Shown: piece after piece, positions 1 to 10,365 of the stretch
Numbering within the stretch: position 1 is the first letter of the stretch
Layout: each line of letters begins with the position of its first letter
Source: Nitrospirales bacterium
GTDB lineage: Bacteria > Nitrospirota > Nitrospiria > Nitrospirales > UBA8639
Assembly (NCBI GenBank): GCA_963555755.3
Contig: OY820905.2
Coordinates: forward strand, 704,001 to 768,000
Length of the DNA: 64,000 nucleotides
Direction of reading: 5' to 3'
Translations under genes and position numbers: made by a program
The notes under the pieces: model-generated
What the model was told of the DNA's origin: nothing
The model's database searches: none
Seen by the model: only the letters and a program-made list of their open reading frames with translations

Positions 1-2384
1 TATAACACCCAAGGCCCTACTGCCTGTGGCAGCAACCACAGGGCCAAAAATTCCGGATACAGAGAGCGGTGCAGAAAGGGTAGAAGTCACTGCAGAGGAT
101 AGACTAAAATTATCAAAGACATTGATTGGCTGATTATTTCTGACATCGGTAATAGCATTACCGGCAAACTGCCCAGCCACGTTTCCAGATAGACCGAGGA
201 TAAAATTCGCTGCAATCGAACCAAAACGGTTTGACAACGCCGGGTTATTGCTAAAGAATCCAGTCACAGCCCCAACTACCCCTCCTACGCCTCCTCCGAT
301 AACCCCCTCGACGACACTCTCATTCTTGGCAAAACCCGTAACCGCACCACCGACCAAACCGGAAAAGAACCCTATAGCAGCTCCTGGAGCATTAACTTTC
401 CCACTCGGATCATTCGCATTAATCGGGTTATTCCCAACATACGCATAAAAATTCACATCGCCTGCACCAAACCCCAATGGATCTTCGGTAAGGAACCGCC
501 CAATTGATGGATCGTAGTAACGCGCTCGATAGTAGTAGAGCCCAGTCTCTGCATCGCGCTCGCGCCCCGTGTAACGCAGCACTGAACAGCTCGCACCGGC
601 CCCATCACGCTCACTCCCAAAGGGCGCATACTGCGTCGTTTGGATTGTTGCTCCCTCGTGTCCCGAGAGTCCAACAACCGATCGCAGCGAATCATGGGCG
701 TAGGTGTAGTTGGTCCACACGCCCTGTGGGTCGTACTGATAGCCATTCACGATTTCATCGACCACGACGCCCCGGAAAAACTGTGCCGGTTGGTGGCTCC
801 CCGTCACCTTTTCAACATGCTCTCCTTCGAGAAGATAGTCCGCCGTGACGCCTGGGCCGGCTTTGCTAATGCGGTAATCCATGGGGTCGTAGGCATAAGT
901 AAAGAGATCTCCGCCGGTGATCATTTGCGTGATGCGGCCTTTGGCATCGGTGGTGTAACTTTGCAGGAGTGTGCCGATACCATCACGGCGCTCGCTCATG
1001 TTGCCTTCATCGTCGAAATTAAACTGATTCACTAAGGGACCGGTGACGCTCCCATCTCGAATTTCGAGTAGCCGATTCCCTTCGTTATAGATGTAGGCTT
1101 GGGTAGTGGTACCTATGATTTGGGTGAGGCGATTGCCGACTTTGTCGTATGTGTAGTTATAGGTATTTCCAGCGCCTGGATAGACCGCATCGGCCAGGCG
1201 ATACAGAGGATCGTAGGTAAACATTGTCGTGCCTTCGCTAGTTGTGACCGTTTGGATATTTCCTACACGATCCCGAATGTAGGTCTCCTCCCCCACAACA
1301 CTGCCACTGGCATGGTCGGTCTTCAGACTTACCAGCCGGTTATTGTCGTCATAGCCATAGGACGTTGTGGTCCCATTCGACAGTATTCGCGTCAGCAACC
1401 GGCCAGCAGGATCATACTGATACGATACTTCGACGTAGTCGGGATTGCGCATGCTGACTAAACGATTGGCGCTATCGTAACGATAGTCCGTTATAGCCCC
1501 CTGGTAATCGGTCTTGGTTGACACGTTACCGACTTGATCATAGGTGTACTGTAACGAGTTGGTAATTACGGACGGTGGACGATTATCCATCTTGGTCGTC
1601 ACTCGATGCTTCGTATCGTAGGCAAAGGTATAGGTGACGTCGTCATTTTTCACCATAATTCGGTCGCCAAAGTGATCGTAGGCAAAATCTTCTTGGTAGG
1701 TCACATTTCCACTCACTAGATATTCTGCCTTCACAACACGATTCAGATCGTCGTAGGTGAAACGTGCGACTTCATCTTTGCGATTTGTCCGCGTCAGGAC
1801 ATTCCCGGCCTGGTCATAGGTTAACGTTGTTACTTTATCGGTGGGTGTCTCGATCAAAGGATCGGTCATCGTGACCAGCCGACCAAGATCGTCAAAAGTA
1901 AATATTGTGCTTCGGCCTTCTGCATCAGTCACGGATGTACGATTCCCTAACAAATCATAATCAAATAGCGTGTCACCGTTGAGGGCATTGCGCTCTAGGA
2001 TTACTCTGTTTAATTCGTCGTATTGCCGAGAGAGTGTGGCGCCATCATTATTAATTGGCTGGAGTGCAGCCGTCGCGTTCGCATCCGTCAGACTGATAAG
2101 GTTTCCATTACCATCGAAAGCCTGTTCCGTTTCAAACCCCAATGGATCTGTCGTTTTGATGTGACGACCCAGGTTATCGTAGCCGAATTGGGTGATTTCC
2201 CCATTAGGATCAATGGTCTTAATTTTTCGACCAGCAAGATCATACGCCGATTCCACTCGATGTCCTGTGGCATTGATGACTACCGTTCTTCTTCCCATCG
2301 CATCATATTCAAATCGCGTGATATGGCCATTGGCATCAGTTATTTCAATGAGATTCCCGGCTTCGTCATGGCGAAACTGTGTTG
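1..2384 (-). pseudogene. Rhs/YD-repeat toxin gene, 5'-truncated by IS1380; the C-terminus runs off the window
   Basis: Manual minus-strand translation at both ends, in the same frame: YD repeats (ITRFEYDAMGR, QFGYDNLGR) and the Rhs core end NFYAYVGNNPINANDPSG (DPSG at 411-400). Absent from the ORF track, presumably because there is no stop in the window. Confidence 0.9.
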
Positions 2385-3971
2385 CCCAAGATCCGCGATG
2401 GATTTATTTTGGGCATAAAAAAACCTCGTTGATTTGCTAAGATACGGGTGCCCACCCACTTAGCCACTCCTCACCAACGAGGTGAAACGAATGATGCCAC
2501 AAACCGTTCTTCCGTTCAAGCTTGAGCCCACCGACGAACAGCTCACCGCTCATGGCGGGCTGGCGCTGTTCGGGGAGTTTCTCCAAGCCATGAATGTGCC
2601 CCGGCAACTCAATGCGGCCTTGCCCGCGCCCGGGAGCCGCATCGGCTATCACCCCGCCCAATTTGTCGAGCCCCTGCTGCTGATGTTGCATGGCGGGGGC
2701 CGGACGCTGGAGGATCTGCGCCAGATTCGCGAGGATGCGGGCTTGCGGGCCGTGCTGCGACTCCCCGTGGTTCCCAGTGCCGATGCCACGGGCGATTGGC
2801 TGCGACGCATGGGGGAGAAGGATGGTTTAGCAAGTTTAGCCGTCGTCAATCAGCAGCAGATCCGGCGGGCGTTGAAGCGGGAACCGCGCACGGACTATAC
2901 CCTCGATCTTGATGCCACGCAGATTGTCGCGGAGAAGCAGGCAGCCAAATGGACGTACAAGGGGGAGCGAGGCTATCTGCCGATGCTGGGGCACCTGGCG
3001 GAAAATGGGCTGGTGCTTGGGGAGGAGTTTCGTGAAGGGAATGAGGCTCCGGCGTCCCGCAATCTTGAATTCACCCAGGCGTGTGCGGCGCAGATGCCCA
3101 AAGGCAAACGGATTGCTCATGTGCGGGCGGATAGTGCGGCGTACCAAGCGGAGTTGTTCAATTGGTGCGAGGAGCACAACGTGACGTTTGCGATTGGGGG
3201 CGTGCAGGATACGGCCGTGCAGGCCGCCATTGCCGCCATCCCTGAGAGCCAGTGGCAACCCTACCGAGATGGCCATCTCGCTGAAACGGTACATTGTATG
3301 GCGAAGACCAAGCAAGCCTTTCGCCTCATCGTGTTGCGACGGCCCGTGCAACAGGATCTGTTTGCCCCCGAGGCCCCCAGCCTGCGCTACACGCTGATTG
3401 CGACGAACCGAGACGGAACCCCTGAGGAGATTGTACGATGGTACAACCAGCGGGGCGAGACCAGCGAGAATCGCATCAAAGAACTGAAGAGTGGCTTTGG
3501 CATGGAACGGCTTCCGTGTGGGACCTTCGCGGCCAATGCCGTCTTCTTTCGCATTGGCGTGTTAGCCTACAACCTGTTTGTGTTGTTCAAGTTGTTGGCG
3601 TTGCCCTATGCCTGGAGCCAGTGCCAAGTGCGCACGGTGCGTTGGCGGCTGTATCAGGTGGCGGGCAAAGTGGTCCGGCATGCTGGTGCCGTGATCCTCA
3701 AAGTGCAACAACAGCTGTGGGGCTTGTGTGAGGAGATTCGGACGCGCTGTGCAGAAGCTGCCCAGCCTTATTAAGCCGGGGCAGGGGACAGCACAAGAGA
3801 AGAAGGAAGCAGGAAGGGAGTGGTCTGCCCAAAAGGCTGGTCGATCCCATGTCAGGACAGGCAACTCTGGGAGGTGGCTCAAATCCAGCCAGACCATTGA
3901 CTAAGCAACGGCGCGAACACGTGGGTTTTGCCAAAGGACCTCTGTTGACCAAACCCATCGCGGATCTTGGG
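2385..3971 (+). mobile_element. IS1380-family insertion sequence
   Basis: Terminal IRs CCCAAGATCCGCGATGG / CCATCGCGGATCTTGGG flank a transposase. No target duplication. Confidence 0.9.
2482..3774 (+). CDS. IS1380-family DDE transposase
   Basis: 430 aa with LTAHGGL, LDLDAT, RADSA and YNQRG..ENRIKELK motifs. Confidence 0.9.
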   Translation: MKRMMPQTVLPFKLEPTDEQLTAHGGLALFGEFLQAMNVPRQLNAALPAPGSRIGYHPAQFVEPLLLMLHGGGRTLEDLRQIREDAGLRAVLRLPVVPSADATGDWLRRMGEKDGLASLAVVNQQQIRRALKREPRTDYTLDLDATQIVAEKQAAKWTYKGERGYLPMLGHLAENGLVLGEEFREGNEAPASRNLEFTQACAAQMPKGKRIAHVRADSAAYQAELFNWCEEHNVTFAIGGVQDTAVQAAIAAIPESQWQPYRDGHLAETVHCMAKTKQAFRLIVLRRPVQQDLFAPEAPSLRYTLIATNRDGTPEEIVRWYNQRGETSENRIKELKSGFGMERLPCGTFAANAVFFRIGVLAYNLFVLFKLLALPYAWSQCQVRTVRWRLYQVAGKVVRHAGAVILKVQQQLWGLCEEIRTRCAEAAQPY

Positions 3972-4280
3972 AACTGCGTCCCGGTTGTGTACGAGCCGCC
4001 GGCAAAGTAAAATGGCCGGCGACTTCCAGCTCACGCAGCGCCTTCAGGCATCCGCCCCGTTGTTCCTGACCACGGACGTCGTAGAATTCAAACTGCTTGC
4101 ATACACGTGAGGCCAGTTCGCTTCGGTGAGGGATTTCGTTGCTCTCAAGCAGACTGCAAACATATTCTATGCGCGTGGACTCCGACAGAGTCGGTTTAAT
4201 TTGGTTTTGTGTGTTCATGCCGCAAGAATACGCGACACGGGTACTGTTGTTCAGTCTTTATTTATGGGGAAAGGGCAGGG
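3972..4280 (-). mobile_element. Remnant left end and N-terminus of an IS4-like (DUF4338-associated) transposase
   Basis: ORF starting at 4218 (RSELASRVC...CLKALRELE..GHFTLP) is cut at the IS1380 IR. End-like sequence CCCTGCCCTTTCCCCATAA near 4262-4280. Confidence 0.55.
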
Positions 4281-4289
4281 CTAGCCTCA

Positions 4290-4313
4290 CTCCACCAAAA
4301 TTGTGATTGATCC
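4290..4313. repeat. Orphan ISL3 terminal IR
   Basis: CTCCACCAAAATTGTGATTGATCC matches 33521-33544 with 1 mismatch. Confidence 0.75.
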
Positions 4314-4426
4314 AAAGAAAGCTGCTGTCCAGGAACGTCTGGAAAAACTGGAATATATCGTGGTTGCGAATATACAGCAGGCACAAAAACTTCCAGACGT
4401 GTTCTTCCCTGAAAAAAGTGGTGTGG

Positions 4427-5824
4427 CTAAGGCTCTAGCGTGCGCTGACAGGTATCGAGTTCCCCTTCGAGATAGGAACGGATGGTGGTGAGCCTACCTT
4501 GGGAAGTGGCTTCGAAACGAAGGACTAGGGCAGGTTGAGTGTTTGAGGCACGAATGAGGCCCCACCCATCGTCGAACCGCACGCGGATGCCGTCGATGGT
4601 CACGACGTCACGAACGACTAACTGAGGTCGGGTGGGATCAGGGTTTTTATGCAGGTCAAGAAAACGGTTACGTACTTTTTCGACCAACTTAAATTTCACA
4701 TCGTCGGAACAATCCACGCGAATTTCCGGTGTGACGGCTGTGATCGGTAAATCTGCCAACAACGAGGAGAGCGGTTTCCGTTTTTTGGCGAGAATTTCTA
4801 CAAGCCGACACGAAGCGTAGATCGCGTCATCGTAACCGAAATACCGATCGGCGAAGAACATGTGGCCCGACATTTCTCCGGCTAACACGGCGTTCTCTTC
4901 TTTCATTTTGGCTTTCAGAACAGAATGCCCCGTTTTCCACATGATGGCACAGCCTCCACGTTTTTCAATATCGTCATAGAGGAGTTGGGAGGCTTTGACT
5001 TCGGAGATAAATGTGCTGCCGGGTTGAGTTTCCAACATGTCGCGAGCAAAGATGAGCATCAACCGATCGCCCCAGAGAATATTGCCTTTTTCGTCAATGG
5101 CTCCGATTCGATCGGCATCTCCGTCATATCCAATGCCCACATCTGCGCCCTGTTCCTTCACCGTGCGAATGAGGTCTTGAAGGTTCTCCACAACGGTTGG
5201 GTCGGGATGATGGTTCGGGAAACGCCCGTCCAGGTCGCAGTACAAGGCGGTGACTTTGCACCCCAATTGCTCTAGCGCATCCTTTGCGACCAAGCTGGCT
5301 GCGCCATTGCCGGAATCGATCACGACATGGAGCGCCGATCCGTCAACCCTGGCAAAATTCTCTTTCAGATAGGCCATGTATTGTGGAAGAACTGGCGTCT
5401 CTGTCACGGTACCAGCCCCTGTGGCATACCGGTGGTTATCCAGAATACACTTTAATTGTTGAATCCCTTCGCCATACAGGGCGTCTTTGCCTACACACAT
5501 TTTAAAACCATTGTATTCCGCAGCATTGTGGCTTCCCGTGATCATCACGCCACCATCAACGGGAAGGGTGAACAATGAAAAATATAAGTGCGGTGTCGCA
5601 CAGACGCCGATATCCACAACATTCATCCCGGTTGAAATCACGCCAATAATAAATCGATCTCGCAATTCCAGAGAGGTCAATCGACCATCCCGACCTACCG
5701 CAACGGTTTTGCAACCTCGTTCAAGGGCCAAGGTCGCATAGGCACGACCAATGGACTCTGTCACCTCGACCGTCAGATCTTTGCCCACAATTCCACGAAT
5801 GTCATACTCGCGAAAAATGCTCAT
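4427..5824 (-). CDS. algC: Phosphomannomutase/phosphoglucomutase (AlgC-like)
   Basis: FREYDIRG, TGSHN, DGDADR and GEMSGH motifs. Confidence 0.93.
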   Translation of the reverse strand: MSIFREYDIRGIVGKDLTVEVTESIGRAYATLALERGCKTVAVGRDGRLTSLELRDRFIIGVISTGMNVVDIGVCATPHLYFSLFTLPVDGGVMITGSHNAAEYNGFKMCVGKDALYGEGIQQLKCILDNHRYATGAGTVTETPVLPQYMAYLKENFARVDGSALHVVIDSGNGAASLVAKDALEQLGCKVTALYCDLDGRFPNHHPDPTVVENLQDLIRTVKEQGADVGIGYDGDADRIGAIDEKGNILWGDRLMLIFARDMLETQPGSTFISEVKASQLLYDDIEKRGGCAIMWKTGHSVLKAKMKEENAVLAGEMSGHMFFADRYFGYDDAIYASCRLVEILAKKRKPLSSLLADLPITAVTPEIRVDCSDDVKFKLVEKVRNRFLDLHKNPDPTRPQLVVRDVVTIDGIRVRFDDGWGLIRASNTQPALVLRFEATSQGRLTTIRSYLEGELDTCQRTLEP

Positions 5825-5854
5825 GAATATCTTCTCCTCATTTCAACCGGCTCA

Positions 5855-5979
5855 AGGGAATGTTCAAAAAGGTGCGTCCAGCAAGGCCGCAGGCCCTTTG
5901 GCGCGCGGAGCGTACAGGCCAGTACGTGAGCACGACAAAGGGCCGAGAACGCTGCTGGCGCCCTTTTTCAACATTCCCC
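5855..5979. mobile_element. Hairpin MITE family A (other copies 25951-26095, 27425-27570, variant 49031-49152)
   Basis: GGGAATGTT...AACATTCCC ends. Flanked by TCA on both sides; the right TCA is the manC stop codon. Confidence 0.8.
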
Positions 5980-7428
5980 TCAATATTTTTTCGTGCGCCC
6001 ATAATCATCCTGATACCGTACGATATCGTCTTCGCCGAGATAGGGCCCATTTTGAACTTCAATAATTTCTAAGGGGACTTTCCCAGGATTTTCCAAACGA
6101 TGCTTTGTTTCAACGGGAATGGCTGTGCTTTTCCCGGGACCAAGATCGGAGACCTTGTCCCCACACGTCACACGGGCGGTCCCTGCGATGACGACCCAAT
6201 GTTCACTTCGCTTGTGATGCAGTTGAAGCGAGAGCCGGCCTCCGGGCAACACACTAATACGTTTGACTTTATACCCTGGGCCTTCTTCCAGAACGGTATA
6301 CGATCCCCAGGGCCGATAAATGGTCACATGTTCCAGATGCTCAGGAGCTCCGCGACGTTTGAGTTCTTCGACAAGTTTTTTCACATCCTGCGATCGGGAC
6401 TTAGGGCAGACTAATGTGGCATCCGGCGTATCCACCACCACCATATCCGATAACCCTATGGCTCCGACCAGTCGTTTATCCGTAAAGAAGACCGTGTTCT
6501 TACTATCCAATTCCACGACGTTTCCGGTTTTCACATTGCCGCGCGTATCACGAGGAACCACCTCTTCGAGGCTTCCCCAACTGCCAACATCGGACCAAGA
6601 GAAATCGACCGGCACCACGGCTGAATGGGAAGACTTCTCCATGATCCCATAGTCAATCGAGACCGATGGTAGTTTTTTATATCGCGCGGCAAACAGATTC
6701 CCGAGTTTGCCTGATTCCATCATCTTGTCGATGGCCTGTAATCCGCGAAGTAACGCGGGTTGGTGGCGAGCGAACTCTTCCAATACCGTAGAGGCTCGCC
6801 ATAAAAATATGCCGCTGTTCCAATAATAGTTGCCGGACCGTACATATTGTCGCGCCTTCTTTAAATCGGGTTTTTCCACAAAGCGTGCGATCTTATACCC
6901 TGACAAGGTCCCCTGCGTTCCCAGTCGAGTCCGACGATTCGGTTGAATATATCCGTAGCCGGTTTCCGGTCTCGTCGGTTGAATGCCAAAAGTCACCAAA
7001 CTTCCTTTTTGCGCTAATTGATAGCCTACCGAGATGGCATTTTTAAATTTGGCATCACCATGAATGACATGATCTGCGGGAAGCACCAGCATGGTTGCGT
7101 CGGGATCACGCCGGATTAATCGAAGCGCAGCCAACCCAATGGCCGGCGCCGTATTACGTCCTTCTGGCTCCAAGACAAAATTGTCCGCCAGGTCATCTTT
7201 CCATTCTGATAATTGCAGTTTGATGGATTCCGCTTGAAAATGGTTGGTCACAATACAGATGTGATGAACCGGCACTGATTTCAGCACACGGCGAACCGTC
7301 TGCTGAATCAAGGTCTCTTCACCAATAATTTGAAGAAGCTGTTTGGGAAACCGCTCCCGGCTCATGGGCCAAAATCGCGTCCCACTTCCTCCAGCAAGAA
7401 TCACGGCATACAAATGTGGTTGTTTCAT
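5980..7428 (-). CDS. manC: Mannose-1-phosphate guanylyltransferase/mannose-6-phosphate isomerase
   Basis: ILAGGSGTRFWP, EPEGRNTAPAI, WSDVGSW and a C-terminal cupin (RPWG, RSEHW). Confidence 0.95.
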   Translation of the reverse strand: MKQPHLYAVILAGGSGTRFWPMSRERFPKQLLQIIGEETLIQQTVRRVLKSVPVHHICIVTNHFQAESIKLQLSEWKDDLADNFVLEPEGRNTAPAIGLAALRLIRRDPDATMLVLPADHVIHGDAKFKNAISVGYQLAQKGSLVTFGIQPTRPETGYGYIQPNRRTRLGTQGTLSGYKIARFVEKPDLKKARQYVRSGNYYWNSGIFLWRASTVLEEFARHQPALLRGLQAIDKMMESGKLGNLFAARYKKLPSVSIDYGIMEKSSHSAVVPVDFSWSDVGSWGSLEEVVPRDTRGNVKTGNVVELDSKNTVFFTDKRLVGAIGLSDMVVVDTPDATLVCPKSRSQDVKKLVEELKRRGAPEHLEHVTIYRPWGSYTVLEEGPGYKVKRISVLPGGRLSLQLHHKRSEHWVVIAGTARVTCGDKVSDLGPGKSTAIPVETKHRLENPGKVPLEIIEVQNGPYLGEDDIVRYQDDYGRTKKY

Positions 7429-7568
7429 AAAAGGCCTCAGGCAAAGACAATCAGGTGATGTTGTATTCGTTTTCCCTCAATACCTACCACTTCCCGCTTC
7501 TTAGTACTTTTTTCGGATATTTCCCACCAAATCTGAAGATACCCAACGGGAAAAACCTTCACCAAGGA

Positions 7569-7749
7569 AGGACCTGAGAGAAAATAACTTGGACAATATC
7601 GCGCCAAGATTTGGGTCGGATTTGGACGGAACGATTGAGGAAAACCCGAGGCATAGCACAGCTATGTTGAGGGTTTTTCGATTGAGGCCCGTTCAAAGAT
7701 GGCCCGAAGATTGGATGCGAGATGTCCAAGTTATTTTCTCTCAGGTCCT
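7569..7749. mobile_element. Hairpin MITE, interior related to family B
   Basis: 27-bp IR AGGACCTGAGAGAAAATAACTTGGACA. It supplies the kdsC C-terminus and stop codon. Confidence 0.75.
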
Positions 7750-8285
7750 AAGCCACGCTTTGATTGAGCCGCGAGAATCATATCCGCGAGTTCCCGGACT
7801 GCTCCTTCTCCCCCCTTGGCATTACAGACATAGTGTACGGATTTTCGGATTTCAGGTCGCCCGTCAGCCGGAGACGCGGAAAAACCCACGGCCTGCAACG
7901 CCTTGAAATCATTGATGTCGTCCCCGATAAAAGCCATTTCCTGAAGGGTCACGCCATACCGTTTTCCTAACTCTTTCAGAACCCCAAGTTTATCCCACAC
8001 ACCTTGATGCACTTCGGTGATTTGTAACTTTTTCGCCCGCTGCGCGACGAGTTTTGTTTTCTCCGTGGTGATAATTCCTAAAATGAGACCAGCCTGCCTC
8101 ATGAGGGCTAAGCCCATGCCATCCCAGACATTGAACCGCTTCATCTGTTGACCGGAATCAGAATAGTACATCCCACCATCGGTCAGAACACCATCGACGT
8201 CTGTGGCAAACAGACGAATCCGCCGCAGTTTGGCCTGAGCAGGCATCCGTCGCTTGGATAATTTTGGTGGTGATGATTGGGCCAT
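7731..8285 (-). CDS. kdsC: KDO-8-phosphate phosphatase (HAD, KdsC family)
   Basis: DVDGVLTDG, IGDDIND and GGEGAVRE motifs. The ORF-track start at 8384 lies inside a MITE, so ATG 8285 is preferred. Confidence 0.85.
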   Translation of the reverse strand: MAQSSPPKLSKRRMPAQAKLRRIRLFATDVDGVLTDGGMYYSDSGQQMKRFNVWDGMGLALMRQAGLILGIITTEKTKLVAQRAKKLQITEVHQGVWDKLGVLKELGKRYGVTLQEMAFIGDDINDFKALQAVGFSASPADGRPEIRKSVHYVCNAKGGEGAVRELADMILAAQSKRGLGPERK

Positions 8286-8311
8286 AGGCAGCTTGACTCG
8301 CAATAAGATAA

Positions 8312-8468
8312 GGGCTCGCGCAACAATAACTTCCCATGTTTGGGTGCTGAGACGCCTGTCTGGCAAGGCGCGAGGACTGCGCATACTCTCCGTATGAAAA
8401 GGACGAGCAACGCAACCAGTCAGGATGGATCGACGCCAAAACTTGGGAAGTTATTGTTGCGCGAGCCC
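8312..8468. mobile_element. Hairpin MITE family C (other copies 40972-41119, 42537-42684)
   Basis: IR GGGCTCGCGCAACAATAACTTCCC with TAA on both sides. Confidence 0.8.
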
Positions 8469-8584
8469 TAATTAAAACACACTCCGGATTTTATGCAAAG
8501 AACAATTTTATAAGTCTGAACACTGCACAATCAATTGGAATTGTCGAGCGGGATAGACGACGAGACTATTATTGGGAAAGTCGC

Positions 8585-10333
8585 TTATGAGACGGCTGTG
8601 GTCTGTGAGGATTTGGAACGAATTTTGGCAGATCGGGGATCGAAGATTTTAAGGAGATCAAGATCTTTTTCCTCTTCACTTGTCACAGGGGTGAGTGAAA
8701 TATCCGTATAGGTGTGCCGATCAGGGGAACGCTTGACGCGATTTCGAATCTTTCCTAGCTTCCAGAACAACGTCATTAACGCGACATGCTCATAGCCTAT
8801 TTCCCAAAGTCGACGCGGGTAAAATACAATCGGATTTTCTAGAGGAAAGATCGGACGCCGCTGCGTACGCACTTTACGCCGAAAATACCCACCTTCCAAC
8901 GGATGTAGTTTATTGATGGTAATACACCCATAAAATAACACGATCAACGTCTTGAGAAAACCGCCACTGATCCGCTTGGCATCAACCCGACGCATTAGAG
9001 TTTCAACATGTTCAGGGGTATAAAATTGATCCCACGCATCCCTATACATTTTACTCCACTCTTCCTTTGACATGAGGGGATGTTCCATCGTGACATGCTC
9101 AAGAGTATATTTGTTCATGTCTGGGTCCATCCACACGCCTTTGGCGGCAAGATTCTTATGGTCCTCAGAACCTGGCAGTGGTGTAAGACAAAAGAATTCA
9201 AGCAAGTCTACCGGCAATTCCCGTTTGATAATATCAATGTTCCGAGCCACGGATTCAGGAGTATCTCCCGGAAATCCTAAAATATACCCAGCATAGGTAA
9301 TGACCCCATGGTCTTTCCACGCTTGCAACATTTTTCTATATTCCCAGATCTTATTTTGTCCCTTCTTCGCGATCTTCAAATTTTCGGGATCAATATTTTC
9401 AAGTCCAATGAATACCGACTTGCATCCTGCACGAGCGGCTTTTTCAATGAAATGAGGAAGACGATGGCATCCGGTATCAACCTGAATGATAAATTTTACT
9501 TTCAAATTTTCTTCTTCTCGGAGTTTGATGAGACGATCAAAAATAGCTTCCCAATTTTTATTTCGAGCAAAATCGTCGTCGGTGATAAAGAACCCACGAG
9601 CACCTTGCTTGATATTAGCTCGAATACACGCCTCAATATCATCCGGGGTGCGCCAACGCGACTTTTGCCCTTGCACATTAATAATGGTGCAAAAACTGCA
9701 TTGAAACGGGCACCCACGTCCTGCATCAAAACTCCCCATATTCACGAGCGATTTTTGAAATTTTCCTTTTGGCAAAAAAGGCACGACGGCGTTGGTTAAT
9801 TCGGGCAGATCGTTGAGGTGATTGTACAGACGTTGAAGCGTACCTTCCCACACATCCCGCAATACCGAATCCAGGCGTCCCTCGGCCTCTCCTGCGTAGA
9901 GGGAGATTCCCATCTCCATCGCCGCCTGAAGATCGGCTGGGATTTCAGAGAGCATGGACAAACACCCACTCACATGAAATCCGCCTAGGACCACTGGAAT
10001 CCCAGCTTCACGAAAAGGACGGGCAATTTCTATAGAACGCGGAAAGTGGTTGGATTGCACCCCCACAAGTCCAACGAACCCACCATCCGCGTGTTGAATG
10101 TCTCGAATAATCTGTTTAATTGGTATAACCGTATTCGTTTCATCATGGGCGTCGATGACAATCTCAACATCGTCGCCAAGCACCTTCCGATTCGCACAAT
10201 CCGTGGCTAATGCATACAAGACAGCCAAAGAATTGGATGGAATAATGGATCGGACCCATTGAACGACATATCCATCCTCATCGTAGCGAGAAGGTTTAAT
10301 GAATATGATCCTGAAGGTTTTTGTGGCAGTCAT
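8585..10333 (-). CDS. B12-binding-type radical SAM protein, paralog 1
   Basis: GRGCPFQCSFC (CxxxCxxC) and GGFHVSG in the N-terminal domain; 582 aa. Confidence 0.85.
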   Translation of the reverse strand: MTATKTFRIIFIKPSRYDEDGYVVQWVRSIIPSNSLAVLYALATDCANRKVLGDDVEIVIDAHDETNTVIPIKQIIRDIQHADGGFVGLVGVQSNHFPRSIEIARPFREAGIPVVLGGFHVSGCLSMLSEIPADLQAAMEMGISLYAGEAEGRLDSVLRDVWEGTLQRLYNHLNDLPELTNAVVPFLPKGKFQKSLVNMGSFDAGRGCPFQCSFCTIINVQGQKSRWRTPDDIEACIRANIKQGARGFFITDDDFARNKNWEAIFDRLIKLREEENLKVKFIIQVDTGCHRLPHFIEKAARAGCKSVFIGLENIDPENLKIAKKGQNKIWEYRKMLQAWKDHGVITYAGYILGFPGDTPESVARNIDIIKRELPVDLLEFFCLTPLPGSEDHKNLAAKGVWMDPDMNKYTLEHVTMEHPLMSKEEWSKMYRDAWDQFYTPEHVETLMRRVDAKRISGGFLKTLIVLFYGCITINKLHPLEGGYFRRKVRTQRRPIFPLENPIVFYPRRLWEIGYEHVALMTLFWKLGKIRNRVKRSPDRHTYTDISLTPVTSEEEKDLDLLKIFDPRSAKIRSKSSQTTAVS

Positions 10334-10365
10334 GAAAGAGGCGCCCTTTTTTTCAAGGTCCTGGG

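Noticed and set aside
248..2440. Short ORFs listed over the first 2.4 kb
   Set aside because: They are shadow frames of the minus-strand Rhs gene.
5751..6072. Small ORFs spanning MITEs (also near 12313, 25811, 27271, 34223, 40941, 42347)
   Set aside because: They are translations of palindromic repeats with no independent coding evidence.
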